DNA of 61,244 nucleotides from an uncultured bacterium (GCA_900547585.1 URHD01000001.1:1-61244), one strand, 5' to 3'; shown: positions 45,649-56,307, numbered from the stretch's first letter. Numbers and translations: made by a program. Notes: a model not told the origin generated them from the sequence alone.

Positions 45649-47283
45649 ATGTTTATATTTGATAATCCGCCATTATTATTTTTAATATTGACATTGGTCT
45701 TAGCTGCTGCATATATGTTCCTCAGAATCAACGAAGAAGTGACAGGAAAAGGCGGCGTAAAAAAATTGGGCATCTCACCTGATGACGCCTACATTGAAAT
45801 GCAGACATGCCTTGCAAACAGGGATCATAAATCAGCACAAATGTTTGCGCTTAAATACCTCGAAGCTGACCCGATGTTCAACGATTTAAGACGATTGCTT
45901 ATCAAATCTTACATTGATTCACACAAAGAATATGATGCAATAAACCAGCTCTTAATTCTTGTAAAAAACGCTCCCGATGATGTCAAAGCATATCTTCAGC
46001 TGGGAGTGCTTTACCAGAATACAAATCAGAACAAAAAAGCCATAAATTATTATAATGAAGTTCTCAGACGCGATGATTCGAATATTTTGGTGCTAAAGAA
46101 TCTGGGGCAGCTCTACATAAACGAACGGCAGATGGATTCAGCACTAAAAATATACAAACAACTGCTTCAAAATTTTGAAGATGAAAAAGATAAAGTTGAA
46201 TTTTACCCGATAATGGGCGATTTATACGCTTCACAAGGGGAAAACAAGCAGGCACTCGATTTTTATAAAAAGGCTTTTAAATACCAGCCAACAAATATTG
46301 AAATCGTAAAAGCCAGCAGAAAAATATACGCCAGGCTAAAAGACACCGATAACATGCTTAGACTGTCCAAAAAGCTCATCGCAATGGCTCCGGGAAATTA
46401 CGATTATTATAATGATTTGATACAGGCGCTTTTTGACCTGAAACATTATGATGAAGCCCTTAACTACGCAAACAAAGCAATGGAACTCGACAGCAAAGAC
46501 GAAAAACAGCTGATGAGCATGATTGCAAAGATTTATACATACACGGGAAAAGCCGATGAAGCTGTAGATATCCTTGAAAATAAGGTTATGGTTGACCCGA
46601 GGGATGTAGATATGGTTCAGGCATATGCAATGGCGCAATGTATGAATAAGAACTATGAAGAGGGCGTAAAACTTTGCCTTGATGCGATAGAAATAGCTGT
46701 TCCCGCAGGTGTAATAAAACTCCAGAACACAATCAGTAACATTCTTTGCGAAAATGCCGTAGAACTTTTAGAAAATGGCGATACAGGCGGGGCATTTGAA
46801 AAATTTACAGAAGCCGTGCAATATAACAGCGACAATCCGGAGATTTACTTCAAGCTCTGTGACGCAAACCGAAGAGTAAAAAACTACTCAGAAGCCCTGA
46901 AACAGTGCAAACGAGCAATCGAGCTTTCACCGGAAGACAGCAGGTATTATGTTTACCTCGGTGACATATATATTGACCTGCAAAACTACATAGAAGCCCT
47001 CCAGCACTATAAAGAAGCGGTAGATATTGACCCGAGGAATGCTACAGCACACGCAAAACTTGGCATTTTGCAGGCTAAAGGGCACCAGTACGAAGCCGGA
47101 ATCAAATCGCTTCTTGCTGCACTTTCCATTGATGAAAATAATCCTGACACAAGATACAACCTTGCGCTCATATATGAGCTTCAAGGCAATATAGAAGAAG
47201 CTAAAACCGAATACAAAAAAGTTTTGAGCCTTGACCCGAACCACGCAGAAGCACTCAACAATTTGCAAATATTAGGAGAATAA
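45649..47283 (+). CDS. membrane-anchored TPR-repeat protein
   Basis: N-terminal TM (LLFLILTLVLAAAYMF), then many 34-aa TPR-like repeats (A..Y..AL..DP.N). Confidence 0.75.
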   Translation: MFIFDNPPLLFLILTLVLAAAYMFLRINEEVTGKGGVKKLGISPDDAYIEMQTCLANRDHKSAQMFALKYLEADPMFNDLRRLLIKSYIDSHKEYDAINQLLILVKNAPDDVKAYLQLGVLYQNTNQNKKAINYYNEVLRRDDSNILVLKNLGQLYINERQMDSALKIYKQLLQNFEDEKDKVEFYPIMGDLYASQGENKQALDFYKKAFKYQPTNIEIVKASRKIYARLKDTDNMLRLSKKLIAMAPGNYDYYNDLIQALFDLKHYDEALNYANKAMELDSKDEKQLMSMIAKIYTYTGKADEAVDILENKVMVDPRDVDMVQAYAMAQCMNKNYEEGVKLCLDAIEIAVPAGVIKLQNTISNILCENAVELLENGDTGGAFEKFTEAVQYNSDNPEIYFKLCDANRRVKNYSEALKQCKRAIELSPEDSRYYVYLGDIYIDLQNYIEALQHYKEAVDIDPRNATAHAKLGILQAKGHQYEAGIKSLLAALSIDENNPDTRYNLALIYELQGNIEEAKTEYKKVLSLDPNHAEALNNLQILGE

Positions 47284-47291
47284 ATAACATA

Positions 47292-47320
47292 AAAAAACGA
47301 CCTTCAAGGCCGTTTTTTAT
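47292..47320. terminator. bidirectional rho-independent terminator (TPR gene / clpX)
   Basis: AAAAAAACGACCT-TCA-AGGCCGTTTTTT, with one A-C mismatch in the stem. Confidence 0.7.
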
Positions 47321-47335
47321 TATTAATTGTGTGTT

Positions 47336-48661
47336 TTATGCGATTTCTTCTTCCGATTCATGTACCGGTTCGGGGTGTTTGTTCGGAAGTTTGATGAGTT
47401 CGGCAACTTTGTCCCGTTTGTTCACCATTTCCGCCGTAATTGTGAACTCTTTCACATCTTTTTGTGACGGAATTTCGTACATCACGTTGAGCATGAGTTC
47501 TTCAACAATAGAGCGCAACGCACGGGCGCCGGTTTTTCGTTTAATTGCTTCTTTAGCAATAAGTTCAATAGCCTCAGGCTCAAACTTAAGCTCGACATCG
47601 TCCATCTGCAACAGACACTGATACTGTTTCAAAATAGCGTTTTTGGGCTCGGTGAGAATCATCTTCAAAGTAGCCTCATCCAGCTGGTCAAGAACCGCAT
47701 AGATAGGAACACGCCCTATGAACTCCGGAATGAGCCCAAATTTCAACAAATCTTCGGGCTGGAGTTTTTTGAGCATTTTCTGCGCTGCAATCTCTTTTTC
47801 AGCCGCAGTTGCGGGAGCTTTAGCGCCAAATCCGAGCGAAGTACCTTCACCTGCGCGTCTTTCAACAATTTTATCAAGTCCGACAAAAGCACCGCCCACG
47901 ATGAACAGGATATTTTTTGTATCAATCTGGATAAATTCCTGATGAGGATGCTTTCTTCCACCCTGCGGCGGAACATTAGCAACTGTCCCTTCAATCATTT
48001 TCAAAAGCGCCTGCTGGACGCCTTCGCCGCTTACGTCGCGCGTAATGCTCGGATTTTCCGATTTTCTGGCAATTTTATCGATTTCATCAATGTAGATAAT
48101 GCCTCGTTCAGCTTTCTGTGCATCAAAATCTGCACTCTGATAGAGCCTCAGGAGGATATTTTCAACATCATCACCCACATAGCCTGCTTCTGTAAGTGTA
48201 GTCGCATCCGCAACAGCAAATGGGACATCAAGCATCTTCGCAAGCGTCTGTGCAAGGAGAGTTTTTCCGGAACCGGTTGGTCCGACGAGCAGAATGTTGC
48301 TTTTTTGGATTTCAATACCGGAATCATCGCCTTTCGCGTTATGAGCGATACGTTTGTAATGGTTATAAACAGCGACTGACAGCACTTTTTTTGCGTCATC
48401 CTGTCCAACGATATTTTCGTCAAGATATGCCTTGATTTCGTGAGGTTTCGGGATGTTGGTGAGGTCAGTAGGTGATTTTTCAGCACCTTCGCCTTTTTCT
48501 TTGTCTTTATTTTCAAAGAATTCCTCATCAAGTATTTCATTACACAATTCTACGCATTCATCGCAGATATAAACCTCGGGGCCGGCAATTAATTTTTTTA
48601 CCTGGTCCTGAGTTTTTCCACAAAATGAACATTTTAAGCGGCTGTCATCGTGTTTAACCAT
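47336..48661 (-). CDS. clpX: ATP-dependent Clp protease ATP-binding subunit ClpX
   Basis: N-terminal zinc-binding CSFCGK...CDEC, Walker A GPTGSGKT, Walker [10 protein letters not shown] and the pore loop GYVG. Confidence 0.95.
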   Translation of the reverse strand: MVKHDDSRLKCSFCGKTQDQVKKLIAGPEVYICDECVELCNEILDEEFFENKDKEKGEGAEKSPTDLTNIPKPHEIKAYLDENIVGQDDAKKVLSVAVYNHYKRIAHNAKGDDSGIEIQKSNILLVGPTGSGKTLLAQTLAKMLDVPFAVADATTLTEAGYVGDDVENILLRLYQSADFDAQKAERGIIYIDEIDKIARKSENPSITRDVSGEGVQQALLKMIEGTVANVPPQGGRKHPHQEFIQIDTKNILFIVGGAFVGLDKIVERRAGEGTSLGFGAKAPATAAEKEIAAQKMLKKLQPEDLLKFGLIPEFIGRVPIYAVLDQLDEATLKMILTEPKNAILKQYQCLLQMDDVELKFEPEAIELIAKEAIKRKTGARALRSIVEELMLNVMYEIPSQKDVKEFTITAEMVNKRDKVAELIKLPNKHPEPVHESEEEIA

Positions 48662-48715
48662 TTATTTATCTCCTGATTTAATTTTGTCGTTTCGGATTGA
48701 CCGAAATCGCAAATT

Positions 48716-49315
48716 TTATTCATGTTTCGCTGTTTTTTCTATTGAAACAACTTTATCAATCATACCATACTCGAGAGCTTCCTCGGGAGTCATGATATAA
48801 TCTCTGTCCGTGTCTTTTTCAATCTTTTTGATTGATTGTCCGGTATTTGCAGCCAATATTTCATTCAAGGATTTTTTGATTCTGATGATTTCAGCTGCCT
48901 GAATTTCAATATCGGTTGCCTGACCCTGTGCACCGCCCAGAGGCTGGTGAATAAGAACTCTGGAATGCGGAAGAGCCAGCCTTTTGCCTTTTGTACCGGA
49001 TGAAAGCAAAAATGCACCCATACTTGCAGCCTGCCCCAAACAAATCGTGGAAACATCGGCTCTGATGTGCTGCATTGTATCATAAATCGCAAAACCTGCT
49101 GTAACGCTGCCTCCAGGGCTGTTGATATAGAGCATAATGTCTTTTTCAGGATTTTCGCTGTCCAGGAGCAGCATTTGTGCTACTACGAGGTTGGCTACCA
49201 TATCATCAATCGGAGTTCCGAGAAAAATGATTCTTTCTCTCAATAATCTTGAGAAAATATCAAATGCGCGTTCGCCGCGGCTTGATTGTTCTACAACTGT
49301 TGGTACAAAGCTCAT
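48716..49315 (-). CDS. clpP: ATP-dependent Clp protease proteolytic subunit ClpP
   Basis: Catalytic Ser/His context [11 protein letters not shown] and IHQPLGG. Confidence 0.95.
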   Translation of the reverse strand: MSFVPTVVEQSSRGERAFDIFSRLLRERIIFLGTPIDDMVANLVVAQMLLLDSENPEKDIMLYINSPGGSVTAGFAIYDTMQHIRADVSTICLGQAASMGAFLLSSGTKGKRLALPHSRVLIHQPLGGAQGQATDIEIQAAEIIRIKKSLNEILAANTGQSIKKIEKDTDRDYIMTPEEALEYGMIDKVVSIEKTAKHE

Positions 49316-49333
49316 AATTTGCCCTTTCTTATA

Positions 49334-50632
49334 CTATTTTTCTATGAATTTTACTGTGTTGTTGTCAACGAGGAATTTTGTCACCTTGCGGCTCAAAGCC
49401 TGTTGTGAAAGCGACTGAATCATTCCGGGAGTTCTGGACATTTCTTTCAAAATCGTAGTTTTGTCCGTGCCATACATCGAAGCAAGCTCAGAAAACTGTG
49501 CATCAAGGTCCTCAGCAGTAATCTGGAGGTTTTCGAGTTTAGCAATCTCAGAAATCATCAGTGAATTTTTGATTCTGTTTTTAGCCTCTTCTTTAAGCTC
49601 TGCCCATATTTTATCATGACCTTCTTTTTCAACAATTTGTTCCCAGGTCAGGCCTGATTGAGCAATTTTTTGAACGAATTCATTTTTCAGTGCATTAGCC
49701 TCACGTTCAATCATAGTATCCTGAATTTCAACTTCCATGTTGTCGAGAACGGTTTGAAATACTTTGTTTGCGCTTCTTTTTTCGTTTTCGTTGGATTCAA
49801 GGCTGTCAAGATACTTAACAATGTCAGCTTTCATTTCATCAACTGATTTGAACGGCCCGACTTTTTTAGCCAGTTCATCGTTGAGCTCGGGTTGCTTCTT
49901 TTCTTTGATTTCGTTGATTTTGATTTTAAACTGCGCAGGCTGACCTTTTAATTTTTCGTCGTGATATTCATCAGGGAATTTTACGTCAATTGTGAATTCT
50001 TCACCTGCATTTTTGCCGACGAGTTGTTCTGCAAACCCGGGAATAAACGTACTGTTGCCCAAATCGAGCATATAATTCTTAGCACTTCCGCCTTTGATTG
50101 CTTCGCCGTTAACAAAACCGTCAAAATCAATCATAACGATATCTTTGTCGTTAGTTTCTCTTCCGGAAACAGTTTCCAGCGTGGAATATCTGTTTACGAG
50201 CCCTTCAAGTTCTTTTTCAACGGCATTTTCAGCGTTTTTGTATTTTTCAACTTCGACTTCCAGCCCTTTATATTGTTTGATTTTGACTTCAGGCTTGAGT
50301 TCGATTTTTGCTACGATAGAAACGGGTTTGCCCATTTCAAAGTTATAAGATTCAAGATAAGGCTCTGAAATAACGTCCAGATTGTTTTCATTGATAGCTT
50401 TTGCAAAAACAGAGGGCAGCATAGATTCCAGTGCATCGCGTTGAATAGTTTCCATACCGATATGTTTTTCAAGGATGTTTCTGGGCGCTTTCCCTTTTCT
50501 AAATCCCGGAATATTCACTCTTTGTGCCAGTCTTCTGCAGGATTTGTTATACTCATCCATAGCTGTTTTTTCATCAATTTCAATATCGAGTTTTACAATA
50601 TTATTTTCTTGTTTTTCGACTTTTACGCTCAT
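49334..50632 (-). CDS. tig: trigger factor
   Basis: The N-terminal ribosome-binding motif PGFRKGKAP, a central FKBP-like domain and the conserved tig-clpP-clpX order. The start is at MSVKVEKQ with AAGGAAGAG upstream. Confidence 0.9.
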   Translation of the reverse strand: MSVKVEKQENNIVKLDIEIDEKTAMDEYNKSCRRLAQRVNIPGFRKGKAPRNILEKHIGMETIQRDALESMLPSVFAKAINENNLDVISEPYLESYNFEMGKPVSIVAKIELKPEVKIKQYKGLEVEVEKYKNAENAVEKELEGLVNRYSTLETVSGRETNDKDIVMIDFDGFVNGEAIKGGSAKNYMLDLGNSTFIPGFAEQLVGKNAGEEFTIDVKFPDEYHDEKLKGQPAQFKIKINEIKEKKQPELNDELAKKVGPFKSVDEMKADIVKYLDSLESNENEKRSANKVFQTVLDNMEVEIQDTMIEREANALKNEFVQKIAQSGLTWEQIVEKEGHDKIWAELKEEAKNRIKNSLMISEIAKLENLQITAEDLDAQFSELASMYGTDKTTILKEMSRTPGMIQSLSQQALSRKVTKFLVDNNTVKFIEK

Positions 50633-50799
50633 TTTCTCTTCCTTTAATCGTATTAATTCAAACATATTATATTATAAAAGTAATTTAAATAAACCCTCCA
50701 TGCCAAATTTAGGCGAAATGGTGTATAAAAATTATAGCTATTTTGTGAAAATATGATAAAATCAAAGTATAAATATGTATTCGGGAAAGGAATATCACA

Positions 50800-51417
50800 A
50801 TGTACAAGCATTCCGGTTACACGCTGGCTGAAACTCTTATTACGCTAATCATAATCGGCGTTATCGCCACAATCACCATTCCTACGATGATAGGCAACGC
50901 AGGACGAAAAAATCTGGATGCAGGCGTAGCCAAAGCATATTACACGCTTAATCAGGCGCTTGATTTGATGAAAGCAGACGGTGCATATGTTCCAAAATGC
51001 TATTACGGATTCAATTTTGAGAGCGTTGAAAAAGATGAAACGCTGAACGATTTCAGCAAATGCGAGGATTTTTACAAAAAATTCGTAAAAAAAATAAATA
51101 CTGTCAAAGTTTGTGACGGAAGCTCATCAGGCTGCACATACGATGGGTTTAACAGCGCAGGAGGCGGATGTGAATTCGGCTCCGGTGCCGGAGCATTTGT
51201 GACAACAGACGGTATGCTGTTTATACTCTACCAGAGCACATCTCCGACTTTTCTTGTTGATGTAAACGGTGCCAAAGGCCCTAACAAATGGGGTTATGAC
51301 ATGTTTACATTCTCTATCTACGGGGATGGAAAAGCATCCAATGTCGAATCCGGAGAATGCATGGCAACAGCTCCGGGAGGAAAAACAGCAGCTCAAATTT
51401 TACAAGGAAGTAATTAA
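50800..51417 (+). CDS. prepilin-type N-terminal cleavage/methylation domain protein
   Basis: The N-terminus reads MYKHSGYTLAETLITLIIIGVIATITIP. The C-terminal block is LVDVNGAKGPNKWGYDMFTF. It has multiple Cys pairs. Confidence 0.75.
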   Translation: MYKHSGYTLAETLITLIIIGVIATITIPTMIGNAGRKNLDAGVAKAYYTLNQALDLMKADGAYVPKCYYGFNFESVEKDETLNDFSKCEDFYKKFVKKINTVKVCDGSSSGCTYDGFNSAGGGCEFGSGAGAFVTTDGMLFILYQSTSPTFLVDVNGAKGPNKWGYDMFTFSIYGDGKASNVESGECMATAPGGKTAAQILQGSN

Positions 51418-51435
51418 ATAAGAAAGCGAGGCAAA

Positions 51436-52227
51436 ATGTTACTAACATCTAGCAAAAAAGGCTTCACACTTGCGGAAGTTTTGCTTGTTCTGGTGATTAT
51501 AGGCGTTATAGCGGCTCTTACTATCCCGAATCTCACTGCAAGCAGTGATTTGGCAGCAAATATTGCAGGCACCAAAAAAGCTCATTCAACCCTGAACCAG
51601 GCACTGGAAAAAACCAAAGCAACTTTCGGTCATTATCCCAGATGCTACTACTGGAACGGAAATAACCCAAATACTGATGTAACTGTACAATGCCGCTATG
51701 AAGGAAGCAACGAATGCACATACTACACGGTAAACAAAGCAACCGGTGAAGAAAAAAAGGGCGTACCAGCCAACTGGAACGGAAACTATGCTGATTGCGC
51801 AGAATTTTTTCAAGAGTTTTTCAAAAATTTAAACATACAAAAAGAATGCAAAAGAGGCGCCCTTGCTGATGGCTGCATTGACAGCAGCTTAAAGGGAATA
51901 GACGGAGTAAGAACTGATAGTGGAGCATCTGCTGACGATGCACAAAAAGCAACAAGCGGTTGTGCAGGTTACAGAACAGCAAATATCCGCAGCAACACAT
52001 ATGCCAAAGTTCTTGGCGATGGAATGGTTATTATTCCTTATTCAATTACAGGTTCACCAATTATCCTCGTAGATGTAAACGGAAAACGCGGCCCCAACAA
52101 ATTGGGCTATGATTTATCTATGTTCCAGCTCAAAGGGGATAATGAAGATTCAGCCTGGTACCCTGGAGGCTGTGAAGCTGTTGCAAAAGGCGGTTTGTCA
52201 ACGCAGGCCAAATTATTGCACAAATAA
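51436..52227 (+). CDS. prepilin-type N-terminal cleavage/methylation domain protein (paralog of the preceding gene)
   Basis: KKGFTLAEVLLVLVIIGVIAALTIP. It shares ALxxxKA...PxCYY and LVDVNGKRGPNKLGYDLSMF blocks with the upstream gene. Confidence 0.75.
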   Translation: MLLTSSKKGFTLAEVLLVLVIIGVIAALTIPNLTASSDLAANIAGTKKAHSTLNQALEKTKATFGHYPRCYYWNGNNPNTDVTVQCRYEGSNECTYYTVNKATGEEKKGVPANWNGNYADCAEFFQEFFKNLNIQKECKRGALADGCIDSSLKGIDGVRTDSGASADDAQKATSGCAGYRTANIRSNTYAKVLGDGMVIIPYSITGSPIILVDVNGKRGPNKLGYDLSMFQLKGDNEDSAWYPGGCEAVAKGGLSTQAKLLHK

Positions 52228-53085
52228 TCAGCTTACAAAGCAGTTTGTAACGCTGTGCATATACTCAATAATCTGAGAAAAATATTCAAGTGAGGCGGCT
52301 CCGTTAATAATGAGATCCGCCTCATTTTTTGATGGACGGATATGTTTTTTTGCAGCTTCTGTGACATAATCCCAGTGTTTTAGCGCGTTTTCTTCATCCT
52401 GATTGCGTTTTTGAGCCCTTTCCAGGAACCATTTTTTCTGAATTTTGGGGTCGATGTCTATATAAATTTTTACGTCAAAAATATCCCTGATTCCAGGATA
52501 CATAGCAGCCATTCCCTCAACAACAATAAGCTTTTCAGCCGAAATAGGTATTGAATCGGGCACACTCACGCCGGTTCCGTTAATCTGATACTCGGGTGCC
52601 ATTATATTTTCACCGTTTGAGAGTTTTATCAAATGTTCTTTTAATAATTCAAGCTGGAAGTTTTCCGGAGCATCAACATCATATCCGTTGTCGCGAAGAG
52701 CATCAAATGTTCCGTATTTTTTTATCAGGGCAGAGATATCGTTAAAATAATTATCAATACTCAAATATTCAAGGGGAAAATTCAAATCAATGCTGGTTTT
52801 TTTTATGCAGCGGCAAATAGTCGTTTTTCCGCTCGCCGATTCGCCTGTAACGCCGATAAGAATACGTTTTTGAGGTTGTTCAATCAGGCGTCTTGAGAAT
52901 TTGCTGATAAAATTGGGGTTTACCTCTAAAAACAGCGGGGTTTCGGTTTTTTTATCCCTTTGAAGAATTTGTTTAAACTTGGTTTGCAGATAAAACGCGA
53001 GGAACTCTCTGCCGGTTTTTTTAGAAAAATCAGGTTTAATAATTTTATCTGTTGTTAATGATTGTTTTTCCATCAGCATTTGCAT
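52228..53085 (-). CDS. uridine kinase/phosphoribulokinase-family P-loop kinase with N-terminal extension
   Basis: Walker A IGVTGESASGKTT, LSIDNYF, a VVEG-type segment and IYIDIDPKI, as in the Udk family. Confidence 0.7.
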   Translation of the reverse strand: MQMLMEKQSLTTDKIIKPDFSKKTGREFLAFYLQTKFKQILQRDKKTETPLFLEVNPNFISKFSRRLIEQPQKRILIGVTGESASGKTTICRCIKKTSIDLNFPLEYLSIDNYFNDISALIKKYGTFDALRDNGYDVDAPENFQLELLKEHLIKLSNGENIMAPEYQINGTGVSVPDSIPISAEKLIVVEGMAAMYPGIRDIFDVKIYIDIDPKIQKKWFLERAQKRNQDEENALKHWDYVTEAAKKHIRPSKNEADLIINGAASLEYFSQIIEYMHSVTNCFVS

Positions 53086-53161
53086 ATCCGTCTAAAGTGC
53101 CTCAATTTTGAAATTTGCTGTTTTGTTAAAAAAGTTTAACAAAAACCTGTTTTTAATTGCT

Positions 53162-53257
53162 GTCATTCCCAACTTGGCTGGGAATCCCACGCGGCGGGTC
53201 TTTGTCTTTATTTTTGACCGGCTTTCGCCGGAGATTCCCGTTTTCACGGGGATGACA
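53162..53257. repeat. 96-nt multi-hairpin GC-rich module between lysC and the udk-like gene
   Basis: The outer pairing is GTCATTCCC/GGGGATGAC. The inner hairpins are ATTCCCA-N7-TGGGAAT, CCGGC-TTTC-GCCGG and ATTCCCG-N6-CGGGGAT. Confidence 0.7.
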
Positions 53258-53282
53258 TCTGGCTTTTGGCGCTTAAAGGTGG

Positions 53283-54551
53283 TTAGCGCACTTCATCGGG
53301 CGGCAAATCACCCATCACGACCGCCATTTCCTGTGCATCAAGGTTGAATGCCGTATGCAGCGCCGCTATTGCCGCGTTAGACTGATTTTTTTCTACCAGA
53401 CAGCTGATTTTGATTTCACTTGTAGAAATCATCTTGATATTGATTCCGCTTTCAGCCAGAGCCTTGAACATTGAAGCCGCAATACCAGGTCTGTCAACCA
53501 TTCCAGCGCCTACAATTGACACTTTTGCAATATCTTCATCAACAAGCACGCCGGATGCACCGATTTCTTTTATAACATTTTTAACAATGCTCATTGTTTT
53601 GTCATAATCAGAAGCATCAACGGTAAAAGCAATGTCATTTGTGTCATCGCTTCTGCCGTAAGACTGGATAATCATATCAACGCTGACATCATCTTTTGAA
53701 AGCGCCTCAAAAATCTTTGCCGCATTACCCGGTCTGTCCGGAACTTCACAAATTACTATTCTTATTTGTGACAAATCGGAGGCTACGCCCGCGACCGGTT
53801 TATAAATTTCCATATCTTCCACTCCTGTTATATAAGTTCCTAAATCATCAAGTTTAAATGTGCTTCTTACACGCATAGGGACTTTGAACTGTTTTGCGGT
53901 TTCAACCGAGCGCGGATGAAGCACATTTGCGCCTACATGGGCGAGTTCAAGCATTTCTTCATAAGAAATTTCATCAAGTTTTGTAGCTTTGGGCACAATT
54001 CTGGGGTCTGTAGTATAAACGCCCTCTACATCGGTATAAATATCACATCTTTCTGCGTGTAAAGCGCCTGCAATAGCAACAGCCGAAGTATCCGAGCCGC
54101 CGCGGCCTAAAGTCGTGATTTCGCCGTCGGGTGTAACGCCCTGAAAACCGGCTACCACGATAATTTTACCCTCTTCAAGGTGCTGTTTTAATTTATTAGT
54201 TTTAATATCAACAATTCTTGCTTTTGTGTGAATACATTCGGTAATAATGCCGACCTGCATTGCGTTCATGCTGACCGCTTTATGTCCCTGCGCCTGGATT
54301 GCCATAGCCAGCAGCGCAATAGAAACCTGTTCACCTGTAGCAAGGAGCATATCCATTTCGCGTGAATCAGGGGTCGGAGTGATGTCTTTTGCAAGTTTTA
54401 CGAGGTAATCTGTTGTGTGTCCCATCGCCGAAACTACCACGATTACGTCATTTCCGTTATTTTTTTCCCTTATGACGGCTTTAGCAACATTTTTTATTTT
54501 TTCGGGGTCCGCAACAGAGGTTCCGCCGAATTTTTGAACTATTATTCCCAC
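53283..54551 (-). CDS. lysC: aspartate kinase (monofunctional, two C-terminal ACT domains)
   Basis: VQKFGGTSV, GHTTD, LGRGGSDTSA and ACT repeats. GTG start with AGAGG 5 nt upstream. Confidence 0.9.
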   Translation of the reverse strand: MGIIVQKFGGTSVADPEKIKNVAKAVIREKNNGNDVIVVVSAMGHTTDYLVKLAKDITPTPDSREMDMLLATGEQVSIALLAMAIQAQGHKAVSMNAMQVGIITECIHTKARIVDIKTNKLKQHLEEGKIIVVAGFQGVTPDGEITTLGRGGSDTSAVAIAGALHAERCDIYTDVEGVYTTDPRIVPKATKLDEISYEEMLELAHVGANVLHPRSVETAKQFKVPMRVRSTFKLDDLGTYITGVEDMEIYKPVAGVASDLSQIRIVICEVPDRPGNAAKIFEALSKDDVSVDMIIQSYGRSDDTNDIAFTVDASDYDKTMSIVKNVIKEIGASGVLVDEDIAKVSIVGAGMVDRPGIAASMFKALAESGINIKMISTSEIKISCLVEKNQSNAAIAALHTAFNLDAQEMAVVMGDLPPDEVR

Positions 54552-54561
54552 ATTTGCCTCT

Positions 54562-56283
54562 TTATGATGTTATCAAGTCTGCCAGTTTGCTTTTTATGTC
54601 ATCCACTTGTATGTTATTATACCGCTCTAAAAATTTATTACAATATAAAAGCGCATTTTTTACTTCATATGATGCAACATTTGGCTCCAAAAAGCGCTCA
54701 AGTATTCGATTTTGCAAGGAAATAAACTCAGGCATCTCCCCGAACTGCTCCATCGACGCATCCAGCTCAAAAACAGAATCAGAAAGCCGTCCCAGCCCCA
54801 GATACGTTTCAGCGAGCGCAAAATGAGCATAAACAAAGGACGGATTAATGCTTAAAGTTTTGTTAAACTTCTTCAAAGCGCCCTCAAAATCGCCTGTTTT
54901 AAGAAGAATTGCCCCGTAAGCAAAAGCCGTTTCGGCAGAATTTTTTTGCATCAGATAGGCACTTCTTGCCTTACGCAGCGCTTCCTGCTCATCGCCGGTT
55001 TCCAAAAGAAGATTCGCAAAATTGATATAAGCCTGCAAAAACTGCGGATTGTACTCAATGCATTTTTTGTAAAACTCCTTAGCCTGCTCAAAATCGCCTT
55101 TTTTGTAATAACAGTTGGCAAGATTGAAATAAATATGCCGCGCTTTTTTATTTGTCTCAAGAGCCCGCCCGTAATACGCAAGCGCGCCGTCAAAATCAGC
55201 TCTGTCGTACATAATCGTCGCAAGATTGAAAAGAGCCTGCGAATGTGCGGGATTTAGCTCAAGAACCTTATGAAAAAACTTCTCCGCTTCCTCTTTTTCG
55301 CCGGACAGAAGGAAATTTGTGCCCAGATTGAACATAATCATCTCATTTCCGGGCATTATGACAAAAGCCTTGTAAAGCTTTTCGCGGGCTTCTTCAAGAT
55401 GGTTAAACCGCTGAAGCGCGCAGCCCCAGTTTGCATAAAATGACGGAGACAAATCAGCATTTTGTGCACATTTTTCAAAGGTTTCAAGACATTCACGCTC
55501 ACGGCAGGATTTTAGATAGGCTTCCGCAAGAATCACGTAGGGTTCTTGTTTTGCCGCGTCATGTGAAATCGCTTTTTGGGCATAATTGATTGTATTTTCA
55601 TACTTTTCAAGTTTTGCAAAACAAACAGCCAGATAATAGTAGGTTTTGTAGTTATTTTCGTCAAAAACCAGACAGTGGTTGAATTTGTTCACGGCCTCTT
55701 CATAACGGCCATCCTCAAGCAGCAAAAGTCCCCACAAAAACGGGGTAGTTGTGTTCATGGGGTCAAGCGCGACCGCCTTTTGAAACTTTTTTTCCGCCTC
55801 TTTATTTTTTCCGTATTTTGCGAGCGAAATTCCCCAGTTCAGGTAGATTTCGGGGTTTCTTGAATCGTATTTTTGCGCCTCATTGTACAATTCCACGGCG
55901 CCTTTCATATCCCCGATTTCTGACAGGGCAGAAGCCCAGAGTGCGTATGCTTTTGAGTTCAAACGGTCAATTTTGACTGCTTTTTTAAAATTTTTGATTG
56001 CTTCTGTAAATTTCTGCTGTTTTAAAAGCGCAATTCCCATATTTATGTACGCTGCGGGGTTGTTGTTCGCCATCATGATTGCCGTATTGAATTTTTCCAT
56101 TGCACAATCAAGCTCGCCAAGATTTGCAAGGTGAATTCCCCAGTTTAAATAGGCGCTCGAGGGCATTTCTGTGGTAACTGTCAACTTTTCGTAATTGCTG
56201 ACAAATTTATCGAATTTTTTGACTCCGTCAAGAATTTTATTTACTTTTTCTTTCATACTAACAATCATATAAGTTTTTTTCAA
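54562..56283 (-). CDS. TPR-repeat protein, 573 aa
   Basis: About 14 consecutive TPR-like units (W...G.....G....A...F.KA....P). Confidence 0.75.
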   Translation of the reverse strand: MKKTYMIVSMKEKVNKILDGVKKFDKFVSNYEKLTVTTEMPSSAYLNWGIHLANLGELDCAMEKFNTAIMMANNNPAAYINMGIALLKQQKFTEAIKNFKKAVKIDRLNSKAYALWASALSEIGDMKGAVELYNEAQKYDSRNPEIYLNWGISLAKYGKNKEAEKKFQKAVALDPMNTTTPFLWGLLLLEDGRYEEAVNKFNHCLVFDENNYKTYYYLAVCFAKLEKYENTINYAQKAISHDAAKQEPYVILAEAYLKSCRERECLETFEKCAQNADLSPSFYANWGCALQRFNHLEEAREKLYKAFVIMPGNEMIMFNLGTNFLLSGEKEEAEKFFHKVLELNPAHSQALFNLATIMYDRADFDGALAYYGRALETNKKARHIYFNLANCYYKKGDFEQAKEFYKKCIEYNPQFLQAYINFANLLLETGDEQEALRKARSAYLMQKNSAETAFAYGAILLKTGDFEGALKKFNKTLSINPSFVYAHFALAETYLGLGRLSDSVFELDASMEQFGEMPEFISLQNRILERFLEPNVASYEVKNALLYCNKFLERYNNIQVDDIKSKLADLITS

Positions 56284-56307
56284 TAAATTCCGTGCTAATC
56301 CCCAATT

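Noticed and set aside
53108-53347. 79-aa plus-strand ORF across the lysC / udk-like spacer
   Set aside because: It covers the multi-hairpin module and runs into the lysC 3' end on the opposite strand. It is Arg/Pro/Gly-rich, has no RBS, and is better explained by the structured repeat.
54552-54561. Lysine riboswitch upstream of lysC
   Set aside because: Only ~10 nt separate lysC from the upstream TPR gene, so there is no room for an L-box. lysC appears to be co-transcribed with the preceding genes.
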